DNA of 64,000 nt, taken from NCBI RefSeq assembly GCF_009914755.1, contig NC_060931.1. The stretch is one strand, 5' to 3'. The position numbers were made by a program, and so were the translations under genes. Source of the DNA: the human T2T-CHM13v2.0 reference genome, Homo sapiens. The notes under the pieces are model-generated. The model did not search any database. It saw only the letters and a list, made by a program, of their open reading frames with translations, and had not been told where the DNA came from. The number at the start of each line of letters is the position of its first letter. Position 1 is the stretch's first letter. This document shows positions 1 through 15,379 of this stretch, piece by piece.

Positions 1-611
1 GGCCTCTCTGACAGCCCTGACTCTGGTCTGTGACGCTGGGATTGTGGCTGCTTTCAGGCACCGTCATGGCCTTCCATGGTCCTCTGTCTGCCTTTGTCTC
101 CTTCCTTCTGTTTAGGATGCCCTTTAGTGGGGGAACTCCTGGTCCGCCTTCTTCTCTAAATCTGTGCTCTCTACCAAGGATTTTCCAAGCCTGCGCTTCC
201 TCCTGTCGTCTCCTTTGCTCCTCTCCGTGGCTCTGGCTCCTGTTCCGCAGCCCCTGGACCTATATCTGTGATCACACTTAGTGTTTTATACATCAGTTAT
301 TCACTTAAGTGTCGGCCGTGCCCACCAGCCCAGAAGACTCAAGGACGAGTACTTTTCTATACTTACCTTTACACAAGATAGGGTCTCAGTACTCATCGCG
401 ATTAATACATGAATGAACTTCAGCAAAATAATTGCAATGTGTAAAGGCCAAGATCCAGAATAAAACCTTTCATTTCTTAGCTAAAAATCTCCCCACATCC
501 ATTAGTTTTACATCCTTGGCATTAAAGATCCTAAGGAGAAATTGGTATTCCTGTCTGGAAAAACTTGCTGTTACTTAATGTATTTGAAAGTAAGTTATTT
601 TTAAATAAATA

Positions 612-990
<379 letters not shown>

Positions 991-1677
991 GACCTGGAGA
1001 ACATATATACTCAACAGGTGCATGTCATAACCTTCGGGGAAATAGGGTGGGAAGGATGAAGATGATATTTTATGTGATCTGTACTGTGTGAGTTGTGAGT
1101 TTCTGCATATATTAATTAGTAAAATAGGTAGGAGCAAATATTATGAAAGCATTAAAACACCAAGACTAACCAAGACAATCATGAAGAGGAACATTTCTGT
1201 CTAACTAGATGGCAACTTATTATAAAGTCTTAGTAATTCTGATGACTATACCCCACATGGATGCAGAGACAGAATAAGTAAATCAGTGGACCAAACAGAA
1301 ACAATTGGTCATATTTACACAGTTCTTGTTACCAGCTGGGCTGTTTTAAACAACTTTCCAATATAAATTCATTTAATCTTTGCAGCTGTCCATGAAGTAA
1401 CGTTTATAGGTCTCCATTTAATGCTTTAAGAAAATAGAAAAAGAAAGGTTAAATTGCTGAAAGAGTCACATAAGAGGAATTGGCATAAGAGACACACCGG
1501 CTACTCCCTGGGTGTGAAGCTTTATAGCCACAGCAGGGAGGGGAGTGTCAAGAACCAGGGCAGGGAGGATAAAGACCCCGCTGAGAGTTCCAGCTCAGTT
1601 TATGATTGGTATATGCCTTTCATAAGCAAGTCACTATTTTCTTGAAAAGAAATGGAAATCAAGAGATGCATGTGTTG

Positions 1678-2638
1678 TCAAAGCGGGAGAAAATATTTGC
1701 AAACTATGTATCTGACACAGTACTACTATCCAGAATGTACAAGGAACTCAAACAAATCAGCAAGAAAAAAACAAATAATCCCATCAAAAAGTGGGCTAAG
1801 GACATGAATAGAAAATTTTAAAAAGAAGGTATACAAATGGCCAACAAACATATGAAAAAATGCTCAACCTCAGTAATGATCAGGGAAATGCAAATTAAAA
1901 CCACAATGCAATACCACCTTCCTCCTGCACAAATGGCCATAATTAAAAAATCAAAAAATAATAGATGTTGGCATGGATATGGTGAAAAGGGAGCACTTCT
2001 ACACTGCTTGTAGGAATGTAAACTAGTATAACCACTATGGAAAACAGTGTGGAGATTCCTTAAAGAACTAAAAGTAGATCTACCATTTGATCCAGCCACC
2101 CCACTACTGTGTATCTATCTACCCAGCAGAAGATAAGTCATTATATGAAAAAGACACTTGCACGCACGCCTATAGCAGTACAACTCACAATTGCAAAAAT
2201 ATGGAACCAGCCTAAATGTTCATCAACCAAGGAGTAGAGAAAGAAAATGTGGTATATATACACCATGGAATACTACTCAGCCATAAGAAATGAATGAAAT
2301 AATGGCATTCACAGCAACCTGGACAGAGTTGGAGACCATTATTCTAAGTGAAGTAACTCAAGAATGGAAAACCAAGTATCGTATGTTCTCGCTTTTAAGT
2401 GGGAGCTCAGCTATGAGGGTGCAAAGGCATAAGAATGATATAATGGACTTTGGGGACTCGGGGGGAAGGCTGGGAGGGGGATGAAGGATAAAAGATTACA
2501 CATGGGGTACAGTGTATACTGCACAGGTGATGGGTGAACCGACACCTCAGAAATCACCACTAAAGAACTTACCCATGTAACCCCAAACCACCTGTTCCTC
2601 AAAAACTATTGAAATAAACATAAAATAAATTTTTAAAA
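1678..2638 (+). mobile_element. L1PB-type LINE-1 3' fragment (ORF2 C-terminus plus 3'UTR)
   Basis: Translates to EKIFANY...NNPIKKWAKDMNR and NEIMAFTATWTELETIILSEVTQEWKTK; L1PB-like 3'UTR; TSD AAGAGAT(G/A)CATGTGTTG at 1661-1677 and 2639-2655. Confidence 0.93.
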
Positions 2639-2967
2639 AAGAGATACATGTGTTGAAATAGACAATAACTCTCAACTGTACCAGAACCTACACCTCCTTA
2701 TTTTGGCAAATTATTTTAATGCTCCTTTCCTAATTTAAATTAAATTCATAGGTGATAAAATGTATATGCATATACCACTTTAAAAGTTTCAATATATAGG
2801 CTAAATAAAGGAATGAACTTATAATCCAGTTATCTGTCCTTCAGCGTGTCACTGCTCAGGTCCTGCTTGCCAGGTGGTCTGCAGCTAGGGCACTGACATC
2901 TGTGATGAAGTCAGAAGCTTCTTCCTATGTGTAAAGAGTAAAACTGGGTTTAAAATATTTTTTTTTA

Positions 2968-3349
<382 letters not shown>

Positions 3350-4289
3350 TTAGAATAAAGCCTGAGATTAAGTAATAATAGATTAGTTTTATTTTGAAAA
3401 TGAAAAGAAAATGGGGACACACTCCATTTGAAATACAGGATGCGTACCAAGGTGGATCACAGATTGAGAGGAGAAAATGTGTGAGATTCTCCACTGATAG
3501 CCAGGTGTGGCTTCTTCTTTTTAAGCATGGCGTGAAACAAATTATGACATGGATGATGAGGGCATGAAGTGTCCCTGGGATCCTACCACCTGACAAGGTG
3601 TACCCTCAGTCTCCAATGCTTAATAAATGCCTTGTAAACTGTAACCTCTGATACTTAATGAGGAATACAGCGCTTTGAAACAGAAACCGAAATAGGTCTC
3701 TAGAGAAGTTGTATGATAAGATCCTGGGGGCAGTGTCAGAAAAGGACCGAAAAACCACAGATTCCTCCCTCCAGGAAATAATTTCAATACTTAAAGTTTA
3801 CCATGTAGATTTCTTGTTCTGGTGCTATAATTGTGAAGCATATAGGAAACACTATAAAATGTTTTAAAACAATACTTTTGATAAACTTTATTAAGACCTC
3901 TATGTTTCATGTGTTTGCACTAAAAATAATGTTTGCTTCTAAGAATGTTCCTATTTGACTAAGGTGATTTAAAATGCCTTTGCATTGTTGCACTGTTTGT
4001 GTAGTGATTGTAACTCTGTACTAAAGCCAATTAACTTTGTAGTTGGATGGGTTATAAAATACTCACTAGACACAGTACTCCATAGACACCATATTCAATA
4101 ATAGACACAATGTGTAGAATGAAGAAGCCAGCGTCCACCTCTGCAACGAGCTTGTCCTGAATCCCTGGACCCTTTATTTTTCATCCCATAAAAACTTTCA
4201 GTATCATTATGTACTGAAGTACTCCTTATTTATAGTTCTGTGGATTTATTCCAACGAGTCTGTTGAAAACTGGGATGTGGGGCACCTAC

Positions 4290-4447
4290 ACTTCTCACCG
4301 TGCAGGATCTCTACCCATTGCAGGGTGTCCAGCCCCCTGGCCTCTACCCCAAATGCCAGTGAAGTCTAGGATTCATTGTGACAACTGAAAAACTCTCCTC
4401 ATTTCAAAAATGCTTCCTAGGAGGTAGAATGGCCCTGTTGAGAACCT
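4290..4447. mobile_element. MER20-like hAT-Charlie DNA transposon fragment
   Basis: CCTGGCCTCTACCCC-AAATGCCAGT...TTGTGACAAC...GTTGAGAACC resembles the recalled MER20 consensus end. Confidence 0.6.
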
Positions 4448-4463
4448 TAAATAGATTATAGAT

Positions 4464-4775
4464 TTTATTTATTATTATTATTATTTTTTTTTTTTTGAGA
4501 CAGAGTCTCACTCTGTCACCAGGCTAGAGTGCAGTGGTGTGATCTGAGCTCACTGCAACCTCCGCCTCCCGGGTTCAAGCAATTCTCCTGCCTCAGCCTC
4601 TCGAGTAGCTGAGACTACAGGCACGCATCACCATGCCCAGCTAATTTTTGTATTTTTAGTAGAGATGGGGTTTCACCTTGTTGGCCAGGATGGTCTCGAT
4701 CTCTTGACCTCATGATCTGCCCTCCTCGGCCTCCCAAAGTGTCGGGATTACAGGCATGAGCTACTGCTCCCGGCC
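4464..4775 (-). mobile_element. AluS, full length
   Basis: Reverse Alu with (ATT)n/T tail; 14-bp TSD AATAGATTATAGAT at 4450-4463 and 4776-4789. Confidence 0.96.
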
Positions 4776-5156
4776 AATAGATTATAGATATAATTTTTCT
4801 GTTATTATTTCTTTCACAAAACCCTGGCTGTACAAGTATCCTCTGTAAACTTAGATATTTCCGACAGTGTGTCTACTTCCTTCCTTCATGATCTCAACTC
4901 TCTGTAAATTACATGTGAATGCATTCAGGACTGTATTTTATATATCATCTCTTTCATGTTTTGATTTGCTTTTTCCAAGCAGACATTAAGTGTGCTGAAG
5001 GTAGTTGTGTTGTCATCTGCTTTCATTGAATCCTTCAGAAATTTTAGCACCACAATGAGATTCTGAAAAAAGCACAGAAAAGGGGCTTAATATAGAATGT
5101 TTAAAGAATATTTGTTTTCTCAATTTATATTACGACTTTCAAACTTCAGTGCATAT

Positions 5157-5158
<2 letters not shown>

Positions 5159-5190
<32 letters not shown>
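5159..5190. repeat. (AC)16 microsatellite
   Basis: Perfect dinucleotide run. Confidence 0.98.
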
Positions 5191-5191
<1 letters not shown>

Positions 5192-5777
5192 ATTTTAAGG
5201 CATTGCTAGACTCACATATATCTTTCACCTTGAAGATGAAGCAAGATTCCAAAATGTCAGAAAATCTTGAAAGTGTCTTAGATACGAGCAATATGGGGAG
5301 AGAGCCAGCAACTGAGTTATTCCCAAGCTCATTTAGTGACAAAGTTGTGGGTTGGTTAGGCTTGTTAGAGCTCAACAAAGCACTTAGTGAAGGAAATATG
5401 AAAATTAGAAACCACTGTAGGATATAAATTAAGACTATTTGGAGGCTAGAAAGATTTGGGGATTTTTTTTGTTGTTGTTAAAATATCTAGCCAACTCCTG
5501 AAAAATAATGAGTGGTTGCCATAGCAACTGTGTTTTCGCTTGACACACGAAAGAACATGAAAAGCATTGGAATCAAGGAAAGCCACCTGGTTTTAGACTT
5601 TAATTTTGGAGAAACAAATTCATCCAAAATGATTTATAAAACAAACCCTATTTTATTTTCCTTCCAAAATGATTGTAGATTTTTTAAATTTTTTTAAATT
5701 CAAAACATTGAGGGTATCTCAAAGGAAGTGAAAATACATTCTTTTCCAAAAAAAAAAAAAAAAAAAAAAAATACCTG

Positions 5778-6002
5778 GGCCGGGTGTGGTGGCTCACGCC
5801 TGTAATCCTAGCACTTTGGGAGGCCGAGGTGGGTGTATCACGCGGTCAGGAGATGGAGACCATCCTGGCCAACATGGTGAAACCCTGTCTCTACTAAAAA
5901 TACAAAAATTAGCCAGGCTTTGTGGTGCATGCCCACAGTGAGCTGAGATCGCACCACTGTACTCCATCCTGGGGGACAGAGCTAGACTCCATCTCAAAAA
6001 CG
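5778..6002 (+). mobile_element. Alu with internal deletion in the right arm
   Basis: Left arm and linker intact; GCATGCC is joined directly to CACAGTGAGCTGAGATC, so the TGTAATCCCAGCTACT...GGAGGTTG segment is missing; preceded by a ~25-nt A run. Confidence 0.9.
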
Positions 6003-7120
6003 AAAGTGCCTGGTCGTCTTTCCACACAACTCCGTTTCCACTCCCATAAAATGCTACGTTAGCTGTTTTGAGGGTAGATGCCCTTAGACTGCCAACTCAC
6101 AAAGTTTTATTGGGCACCTGTTACCTGTTCAGCAGAGATTTGTAAAAAAAGACACATCAGGTGGCCTTTGCTTGCAAGAAATCAGCCTTTGGAACCTGTG
6201 GAGAAAAGTTAAGTACTGCGTACTGCGCAAATGAAGGGTGGGAGCTATTGAAGGGAAGAGATTCACCCCGAAAACCCAAGAATGGTCAAACGAGAGGCAA
6301 GGTGGAGCCTGCAGTTTTCACTGGAAGGATTCTAGAGTGAGTGATTCTGGGGACCTAGAGATGGGGGATAACGGGTGAAAGGAACAAGCACGGCCCCTTT
6401 GAGGTGGAAAACAGACTGGTGGGCCAGGGTTGGGAGGGTGTGCTGGGGAAGTGTTGTGGGCAGAGGCTGGAAAATGAAATTGGGCTGGGGTTAGGAGACA
6501 GGTGACCGTGGAAGACTGCTCTGACAATCAGAGTCTGGACTTTGCTCCTCTGCAGGATCCCTGATGCCCAGATGGACCCTTCGATGTTCCTGGCCCACCT
6601 GCGCTACCTATTCTTGCCCCGCTCTGCTCTAGTATTTACAACTGCACGATGGCACAGTTGGTCTCTGGGACTTAGAATTTGTGTTGCAAACACAAGACCT
6701 GGAGAATGGACCTGGTCTGTGATATAGTGTGTCAGTCAGGGACCTGGAGAAACAGAAGGGGATCCCAAATAAGAAGACTTGAAGGAAGTTTAAGAAAGGC
6801 ACCAAATACAATTTGAAACTTGTGGGCTGGGAAGCCACACGAGATAGCGCAGGCTGGGGGATGTGCAGGAGCTGTCATCAGAAGCCGGAAGTGGAACATG
6901 TTATGAAAAAGGTCACTTTTCATAACACTTTGCATGGAGAAGGAGTACAAGGGAAGTCAAGAGGACCCACAGTGGGAAGTGGGCTGTGAATACTCTGATC
7001 CTACCTCATTTACTGCCAGTGCATCCCTTGGCCTAAGTGAAGTAGGAGCTTGGGAGAAGATTGGCCGTTGACTCTAATCCTGCTCCCAGGTTCCTACTTA
7101 ATCAGCATCCAAGATCAAGG

Positions 7121-7482
7121 TGTGGAGTTGACAGTGACATCTCGGACTTCAATCCACCATGTTGACTTCTGATTAACCCCAGTCCTGGGAATACCTCCAA
7201 GAATTCTACTTTATTTACTTCTCTTATGTAAGAATGTTTAACTCACCATGGATCCTGCCCTTAGACCAAAGCGACCTTGATGTTATTGCACAAATTACAG
7301 GCTATGACACATATACCATTCCTGCCTGTGCTAGAGGATTGCCTTTAATTGCTTGCTGGAGCACATATGCTTTTCCCTATGGTAGATAAGCCTTGGGTCT
7401 GGGAGTAAGAGTGCAGAGATCTACCTGTCTTGGTGCCACCCAAGGTCATACCTCCGTCTGTAAGTTCCCCTTTCATGGAACA
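7121..7482 (+). mobile_element. MER93-like ERV1 solo LTR
   Basis: TG...CA ends; 5-bp TSD CAAGG on both sides; CCATGTTGACTTCTGATTAACCCCAG and ATAAGCCTTGGGTCTGGG...AGATCTACCTGTCTTG match the recalled MER93 consensus. Confidence 0.75.
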
Positions 7483-7484
7483 CA

Positions 7485-7920
7485 AGGTAAACCTCACAAA
7501 GTATAAGGCAGATCTTTTCCCATTTCCTGCATGTCTTCTCAATACCTGTGATTGAAACATGCAGTGGAAATATCCATGCCCGTCTTGATGGATGAAGCTA
7601 ACTGGCTGGTAGGTCGAAGCCAGTTCGAGGAACAGGCTAGGAGGTCTGCATGGAACCTGGGATTGGCCATCCCCTCATGAGGGCTCTAATGGGAAGATGA
7701 TGCCTTGGGTGTGCCTGGATGCTGAGAAAACATGAGATGTGTATTACCTTCTGCTCTCTGTATGTAAAACAGCTGAAGCTAAATCCCTTGAGATGTTTCT
7801 ACATCCATCTATACCTAGATCTTGGAAATTTTGCAAATAAGCAGTTGTCAGAATTTTGAGCTATGGCTTAGGGTATTAAAAAATAGAAAGACAAGGGAAG
7901 AGGGTGTTGATGGAGGCTTG
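7485..7920 (+). repeat. Left arm of ~435-bp diverged inverted duplication (partner 10296-10731)
   Basis: Colinear identical blocks with the reverse complement of 10296-10731, e.g. CTGCATGGAACCTGGGATTGGCC (23 nt), TGGCTTAGGGTATTAAAAAATA (22), TCTCAATACCTGTGATT (17). Confidence 0.95.
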
Positions 7921-8174
7921 AGCCACTTAGCATGACCTAGCCCCTGATCAGCTGTGGTTAGTCCAAATGAGCCAGTATGCTGGGGCAGAGAGCAGGATGG
8001 AGTAGCAAAGGCCCTGTAGTGAGGCCCACTGTGGGGGATGAGTGTGCTTGGTAGCAGTTTGAAGCATTGTGCCTCTCTTTCCTATGCACTGTGATCAGTG
8101 CACAGGAATGTAGAAAGGGCCAAGCCTTTCAACACCTTAGACTCTGATGCCTCCAGGGTGGATTCACTGTGCCA

Positions 8175-8303
8175 TGGAAAACCACATAACATCATCCTAT
8201 TAGCGTACTTTTGAGAGTAGATGTGCTATTAATAATGATGCTAAAACAACAGACATACACTACCAGAATGCTCCTAGCAAAATGAGGACATGTAGTCACC
8301 CTT
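8175..8303. mobile_element. MER94-like hAT-Blackjack MITE
   Basis: ACTTTTGAGAGT...GCTATTAATAAT...ACAACAG...GGACATGTAGTCACCCT resembles MER94. Confidence 0.6.
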
Positions 8304-9551
8304 TCCTCTGCTCCCTCCCCACCACCTGTGCCATTAGAAGCTGGAGGAGGGAGCGGTCACTGTGGCATGGAGTAGGCTGGGCAATGAAGGCTTCTAGGAA
8401 AGGCGGGCCTTGGTTCATGATCCGTGGTGGGATTCATGTGGGTAGGAGAGAAAATCAAGGGACGTCAAGAGCGTGGTAATAGCTTGTTACTACCTGGGGA
8501 GAAACATATCTGCTAGAGTTGCCATTTAGAGACATGTCAAAACCTCCAGAAAGTGTGTTTCAATGCCAAGTGCTAATTGTAAAAGGGAACGTGTCTTTCT
8601 GCAGTTCTAGTTTGTTATAGAAAGGGACAGCTCTTGACGTTAGCAAATAAGGTTGTATGTTATGGATCCTGTGGCAACTGAGTGTATGTGACGGAAAATG
8701 GATGTTTACTTTAAGGTCATTACTGAAGACTTTCTGGAGCCACCTCTTTCTTGGGGACGTCTCCCTACTGATTCATATTAGAAATCAACTTGAGTGACCT
8801 TTCTCTTCAAAACATCAGAGACTGCCTTGGACTGTGTGGTCTGCTTGGAGGACTTCAACCCTCTTAGAACCTTACTCTGCATGTGAACACAGCAGCACAG
8901 GGGCAGCGGGTTCCATCGTCTACGGGAGATGGTGCTCAAGGGTTGGAGCCAGTCCCCCTAGAGAGTCACATAGCATTTGGCCCTCGACCATGGCTGAATA
9001 AATGAATGAATAAACCTTATTTAATATATACTTTCACCTGCCTGAGTTGTAGAACTCTGCAGAAGTCCTTTTATATCTCTTCTACATTCATCTTCAGAGC
9101 CATTGTATCATAGGGGTTGTTTTGTTATTCTCCATACATCCTAATTTATAGAGGAGAAAACGAAATCCAGGGAAAGCTGGAAAATTGATCCAGGGTCAAA
9201 CACTGAACTTATGGAGAGGATGGAGAGGAAAGCGTGGCTTTTGGAGTAATACTGCTGAGAGTCAAATCCCAGTTATTGCAGTGAGGAGTAGCAAGAAGTC
9301 ACCTAATTTCAACAACACAATCATTTCAGGAATGGAAAGAACACCCCCAGTTCCATTAAACGACATGAAGTACAGAAAGTCCTGGCTCACAGAAGGGGCC
9401 CACTAAGCATTAGTTGCCATTCCTTTCTTAGGTAACCACCGCCTGTGGACCCTCACCCCTTCCTCCACTGTCAGAGGCAGCATAATGGCTCAGTTTGCAT
9501 TTCAAGGCTGATAGAATCAAGTTTGCTAATGCTGGTCCTGCTGCCACCTAG

Positions 9552-9952
<401 letters not shown>

Positions 9953-10295
9953 TGTGCCTATCGTTTAACTGACTAGTTGGATTAGTGAGGAGTCGGTTAG
10001 TTGTTGTGCTTCTTTGCAGTGCACTGGGCTGCTACATGGACCTGATTTTGACTACCTGTTCTAAGGGATGAGGAAGCCCTCCTTGCAGAAGCCCATGGAA
10101 GCCCTCCTTGCAGAAGAAATATCCCAGCCACTCAGGTTGGCAGACTCTGTGCAGAATACCCAGTGTCTTTCCTCCTCTTATTTATCTCTCTTCAGGTACC
10201 AGGAAGTGAAAGAGGCCTATATACATGGAAGTTCTGAAGGAGAATAGCGTTGCCATCCTCCCTACCCACCTCTGAGTCTCTGGTTCCTGGTCACC

Positions 10296-10731
10296 CAAGC
10301 CTCCATCATGCCCTCTTCCCTTCTCTTCCTTTTATTTTTTAATACCCTAAGCCACAGCTCAAAATGCTGAGCACCACTTCTCTTCAGCATGACTGAGGTC
10401 TAGGTATAGATGGGTATGGGGACAGCTCTAGGGACTTAGCTTCAGCTGTTTCAAATAAAGGAAAAAGCAGAGAACAGGGATCTCATGTTTTCTCACCAGC
10501 CATGCATGCCCAAGGCATCTTCCTATGAGAGCCCTGAGGAGGGAACGGCCAATCCCAGGTTCCATGCAGTGCCTCCAGCCTGTTCCTGGGACAGGCTCCA
10601 ATCTCTTGGTGCAGTTAGCTTCATGCATTAAGACAGGCATGGATATTTCCATGTTCTTCCTGAATCACAGGTATTGAGAGGAAGTGTGGGAAATGGGAGA
10701 ACAGCTGCCTTATGAATCATGAGGTTCACCT
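10296..10731 (-). repeat. Right arm of inverted duplication (partner 7485-7920)
   Basis: Reverse complement aligns end to end with 7485-7920, roughly 70-80% identity by eye. Confidence 0.95.
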
Positions 10732-10959
10732 AAACCTTGGGGGCTAGAATTGAGATGGAGCAGTGTTCTGAGGGGTCCCAAGAAGCCTAGTATAACTCAT
10801 AAGATGCTTGGGAGTTTAAATATGCTTTTCTGTGCAGAGTCTACCATCTAAGTCTCTCTGGTTTGAAGTTGGAGAAACTGAATTTGTCATTCAGCTAGAA
10901 AACATACTGGAGGAGAGATTTTAACTCATGCCTCAGAACAAAGCTCAGGGCTTTCTGAA

Positions 10960-10974
10960 GCACCAGAGGGTGCC
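10960..10974 (+). promoter_or_regulatory. Candidate CTCF motif (weaker)
   Basis: GCACCAGAGGGTGCC vs consensus CCACCAGAGGGCGC; two mismatches, one of CpG-decay type. Confidence 0.3.
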
Positions 10975-11515
10975 AAAGGAGTCAGAGCTTGGGTTCTGCC
11001 CATTGAGAAGAATGAAGAGGGATGCTGGTTTCAGTTTAGCAGGAGGAAAATGGTAAAAATAACATTGAAAAGAACAAATAGACTTACAAGGGTTCTCAAG
11101 ATTTATCTGCAAGTGATATTTTCTAAGGAGACTGCGTGTGTCCCCCAAACTCCATTTTCATCATGTCACATTTTTCTCAAAAGCATTTCTATAATTCTAG
11201 CATGAGAAGGGAAGCCTTGGTCTAAATGTTCATGAGCGGAACCAAGCCGCCTTTCCAGCCTCATCCTGCAAGCACATACTCCCTGGCTGCAGGTAGGTCC
11301 CCTGGTAGTGTGTAGATGCCAGCATTTCTGTTTTAATGGTACATGGAGAGAGGCGATCTAACCTAACAACAAATTGATGATCTAGCTTGAAAAAAATACC
11401 AACTGCCATTTCTATCACCGTAATTTCAAAAGCAGAAGGACATTTTAACATCAAAAAGTGGGAAAAACATTTTCAGAACAAATATCATGGCTCCTTAATT
11501 TTAAAAAGATGCCTT

Positions 11516-11864
<349 letters not shown>

Positions 11865-12319
11865 TTACCACAAATTCAGAAGAGCTTCATTATCCCTAGA
11901 GTAAGAAAGGGAAAGAATAAAGAAAAAAAAAGAGCTTCTTTAAAGACCAGCAATCCGTGGACAGGCATTTAGCAGTTACTGACTTAGCCTACACACTGGG
12001 CTGATATAGTTTCTCCATCTGGAATGTCCTTTTATCTTTCATTTTATCCAATTCTCAACTTCTTTTCCATCCCAAAGAATATCCCATCGCCACTCTCAAG
12101 CTTTTCCGGACATTCTGCAGTAATATCTACCTCATCTGAACTGAAAACTCTCTTGCCTCTTGTACTCAATTGGCCTTTACCGTTCACTGTCTTCTGACAT
12201 CTCTTAAATAGTGATGAGTCATTAATGCATCTCGCCAACTAGACAGTAAGCATTTTATACCTCTTTTTAATGTCTATTATTTTCAGAAAATATGTGATAC
12301 CTAATAAGTAAGTTTTTAA

Positions 12320-12829
<510 letters not shown>

Positions 12830-13374
12830 AGCATTTATTTCTAAGCCAAATCAAAATATAGACCTTTGATGAAGGTGTTAAGAAAACATTGCATTGTCCT
12901 GGTTATTTAGAGATAGAGACATAAATTCTCTATGATTATTTCTCCCAAAGATCTTGGAATCCAATGGATCTGAGTCAGGTCAAGATGAATGAATACAAAT
13001 ATGAGAAGGGCATAGCTCATCAGAAATTCAGAGACCCTGGGTGAGCAGGGTTAGGCAACTTGGAGAAACTTTCTAGACACAGGAGCCATAGCACTGTAAC
13101 TAAAGAAGGAGGAAAACACAGCATGCCGAGCAGGGTATAGAGGCTGCAGGTGTGTTTTTCCTTGGCTTTCATGCTGTGCTGGCCCTGACACAGGACTGAC
13201 TTTACCCATAAAGAAAGTGGCAGCAGCAGGAAGGGCACTGTGGTGAGCCCTGGTGAATCCACATGGCACTTGGACCAACCCCTCAGACACAACCCCTTTC
13301 TCATTCTGTTCCATCTGCTGCCCTACACGATGTTCCATTTCAGGGCTCGTTTCTGAGCATGGACCAGTTGCTAG

Positions 13375-13716
<342 letters not shown>

Positions 13717-13849
13717 TGAAGAAGCCAGGGATCTGTTAAATATCTCACCCACACATATAACATTACACATCTGAGGACTGTTGTCAAATGAAATGATGTG
13801 GTTCAGGGAGACCAATGAGTGGGATGTGGCTGCTGAGAATGAGGTGCAG

Positions 13850-14230
13850 GGTGATGTTACATATTTTTTTCCCAAGAAAGGGATGTGTAGGCTGACAGCT
13901 AAAGTGTCAGTAGGTGCTCACTAGTTTGGAACAGAAGAGAACATTGTTCATGCAAAGGAACAGCCCGAATGAGGCTGTGGGACAGGAGGGAGTGTCACGG
14001 GGCTGACAGAATGCCCACTTGGCTGGCACACAAGGAAGGGAAAGGAGTGGTGTGAGATGAAGCTGAGCAGGTGTCAGCACCAACCTCTTGGGACTTTGCA
14101 GAGTATGGCACAGATTTTAGCTTCATTATAAGAGTAGCAGGAAGGCACTGAAGAGTTTAAATTGGCAAGTAATGGGAGCTGAACTGTGCTTTTCAAAGAC
14201 TACTCTGTCTGCTCTCTACAGCTGAAGAAG
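13850..14230 (-). mobile_element. L2 fragment
   Basis: Degenerate L2 3' region, e.g. GGAAGGCACTGAAGAGTTTAAA...CTTTTCAAAGACTACTCTG. Confidence 0.55.
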
Positions 14231-15379
14231 GACTGAATATGGGTTGGAGGGAGAGAGTGAGAGCAAGCGTAGCTGGGAGCAAACATGGAGTGTAAGAGCA
14301 GAGGAGAGAATTAGCCGCAGGCCAGGGACCTTGGAAGGACACTTCTCACTAAAAGCCACACTCAGCTAGAGAGCCTTTTTAACAGTGAGTGATTGTTCTT
14401 CTCTGGTGTTTCTCTCTGTCCGTCCCTAATCCAAGCCAGGAGAGAATGAAGGCTCTTAGTTTAAAAGGTCCTCTGGTCCTTTGCTGCCCCGTTCTTGCTT
14501 TTCTAGCCAGACATGGTTCTCTGAGGATTTGTTAAATTTTATAGCCCAGTGGTCAAGTAAACATGGGGTGGTACTCAAAGAAACTCACAGGTATTTATTA
14601 TCCAAAGCTACTGCATTTGGGGATTATTAAATACAGACATATAGACACATATGTATGCAAGGTCATTGGAGTGACATCCCATCCTGAGAACAGGGGCCAC
14701 CTTCTACAAATGCCAAAAATGCACTTCGCACAGTGTTGGAAATTTCATCGGGTGTTCACTGAATGCACAGACCTGCTGCAGAGCCTGGTTCTTGTGTCTC
14801 TTGTCTTCCTGGGTGTGCTGGGATGGAGGACAGATTCTTATGTCCCTCATTGGAATCTACCCTCTCAGCCAGTCTTGTGACCACACTTTTGGAGTGATGG
14901 AGTGATGGGAAGCCCCTCGTGGCACAGCACCTGCCCCAGCACCATTGGCTGAAACGGAAACAACCATCCACTTGGCCTAGCAGAGTCCTTGACTATCTTT
15001 TAGGGCTTTGCTCTGGGAGGGGCTGTGCTCTCTGCCTGCCTAATATCCCCACTTCTGGCCCAGTGGGGCTTGGGCTGCAGTAGCTGCATTCCATTCTGGC
15101 CCATCACGTGGCAACACCAACCACGATGCCTGCCGTTTTCCCTGAGATGTTCTGTGCCCTCTCTTCTGAGACACTGGTGGCTTTCTGAGAACTGCTGTAT
15201 GGTGAACTCCATCTTCAAGGGTTATTGGCTTCCAAACACCATGACTTGCGGGAGCCCCGTTCCCTGCTCATCAGTGTCCATGCAATTCAGGCAACTCTCC
15301 CCAGCTATGCTAGTTACTTCCTTCATCTAAACCCTGTTTGGAAGCCCTGAAGTTCCTGCCTGGGGAAGTCAAGTAAAAA

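Noticed and set aside
10428-10652. 74-aa ORF in the right inverted arm as a duplicated gene
   Set aside because: Indels relative to the left arm do not preserve the frame; no protein similarity recognised
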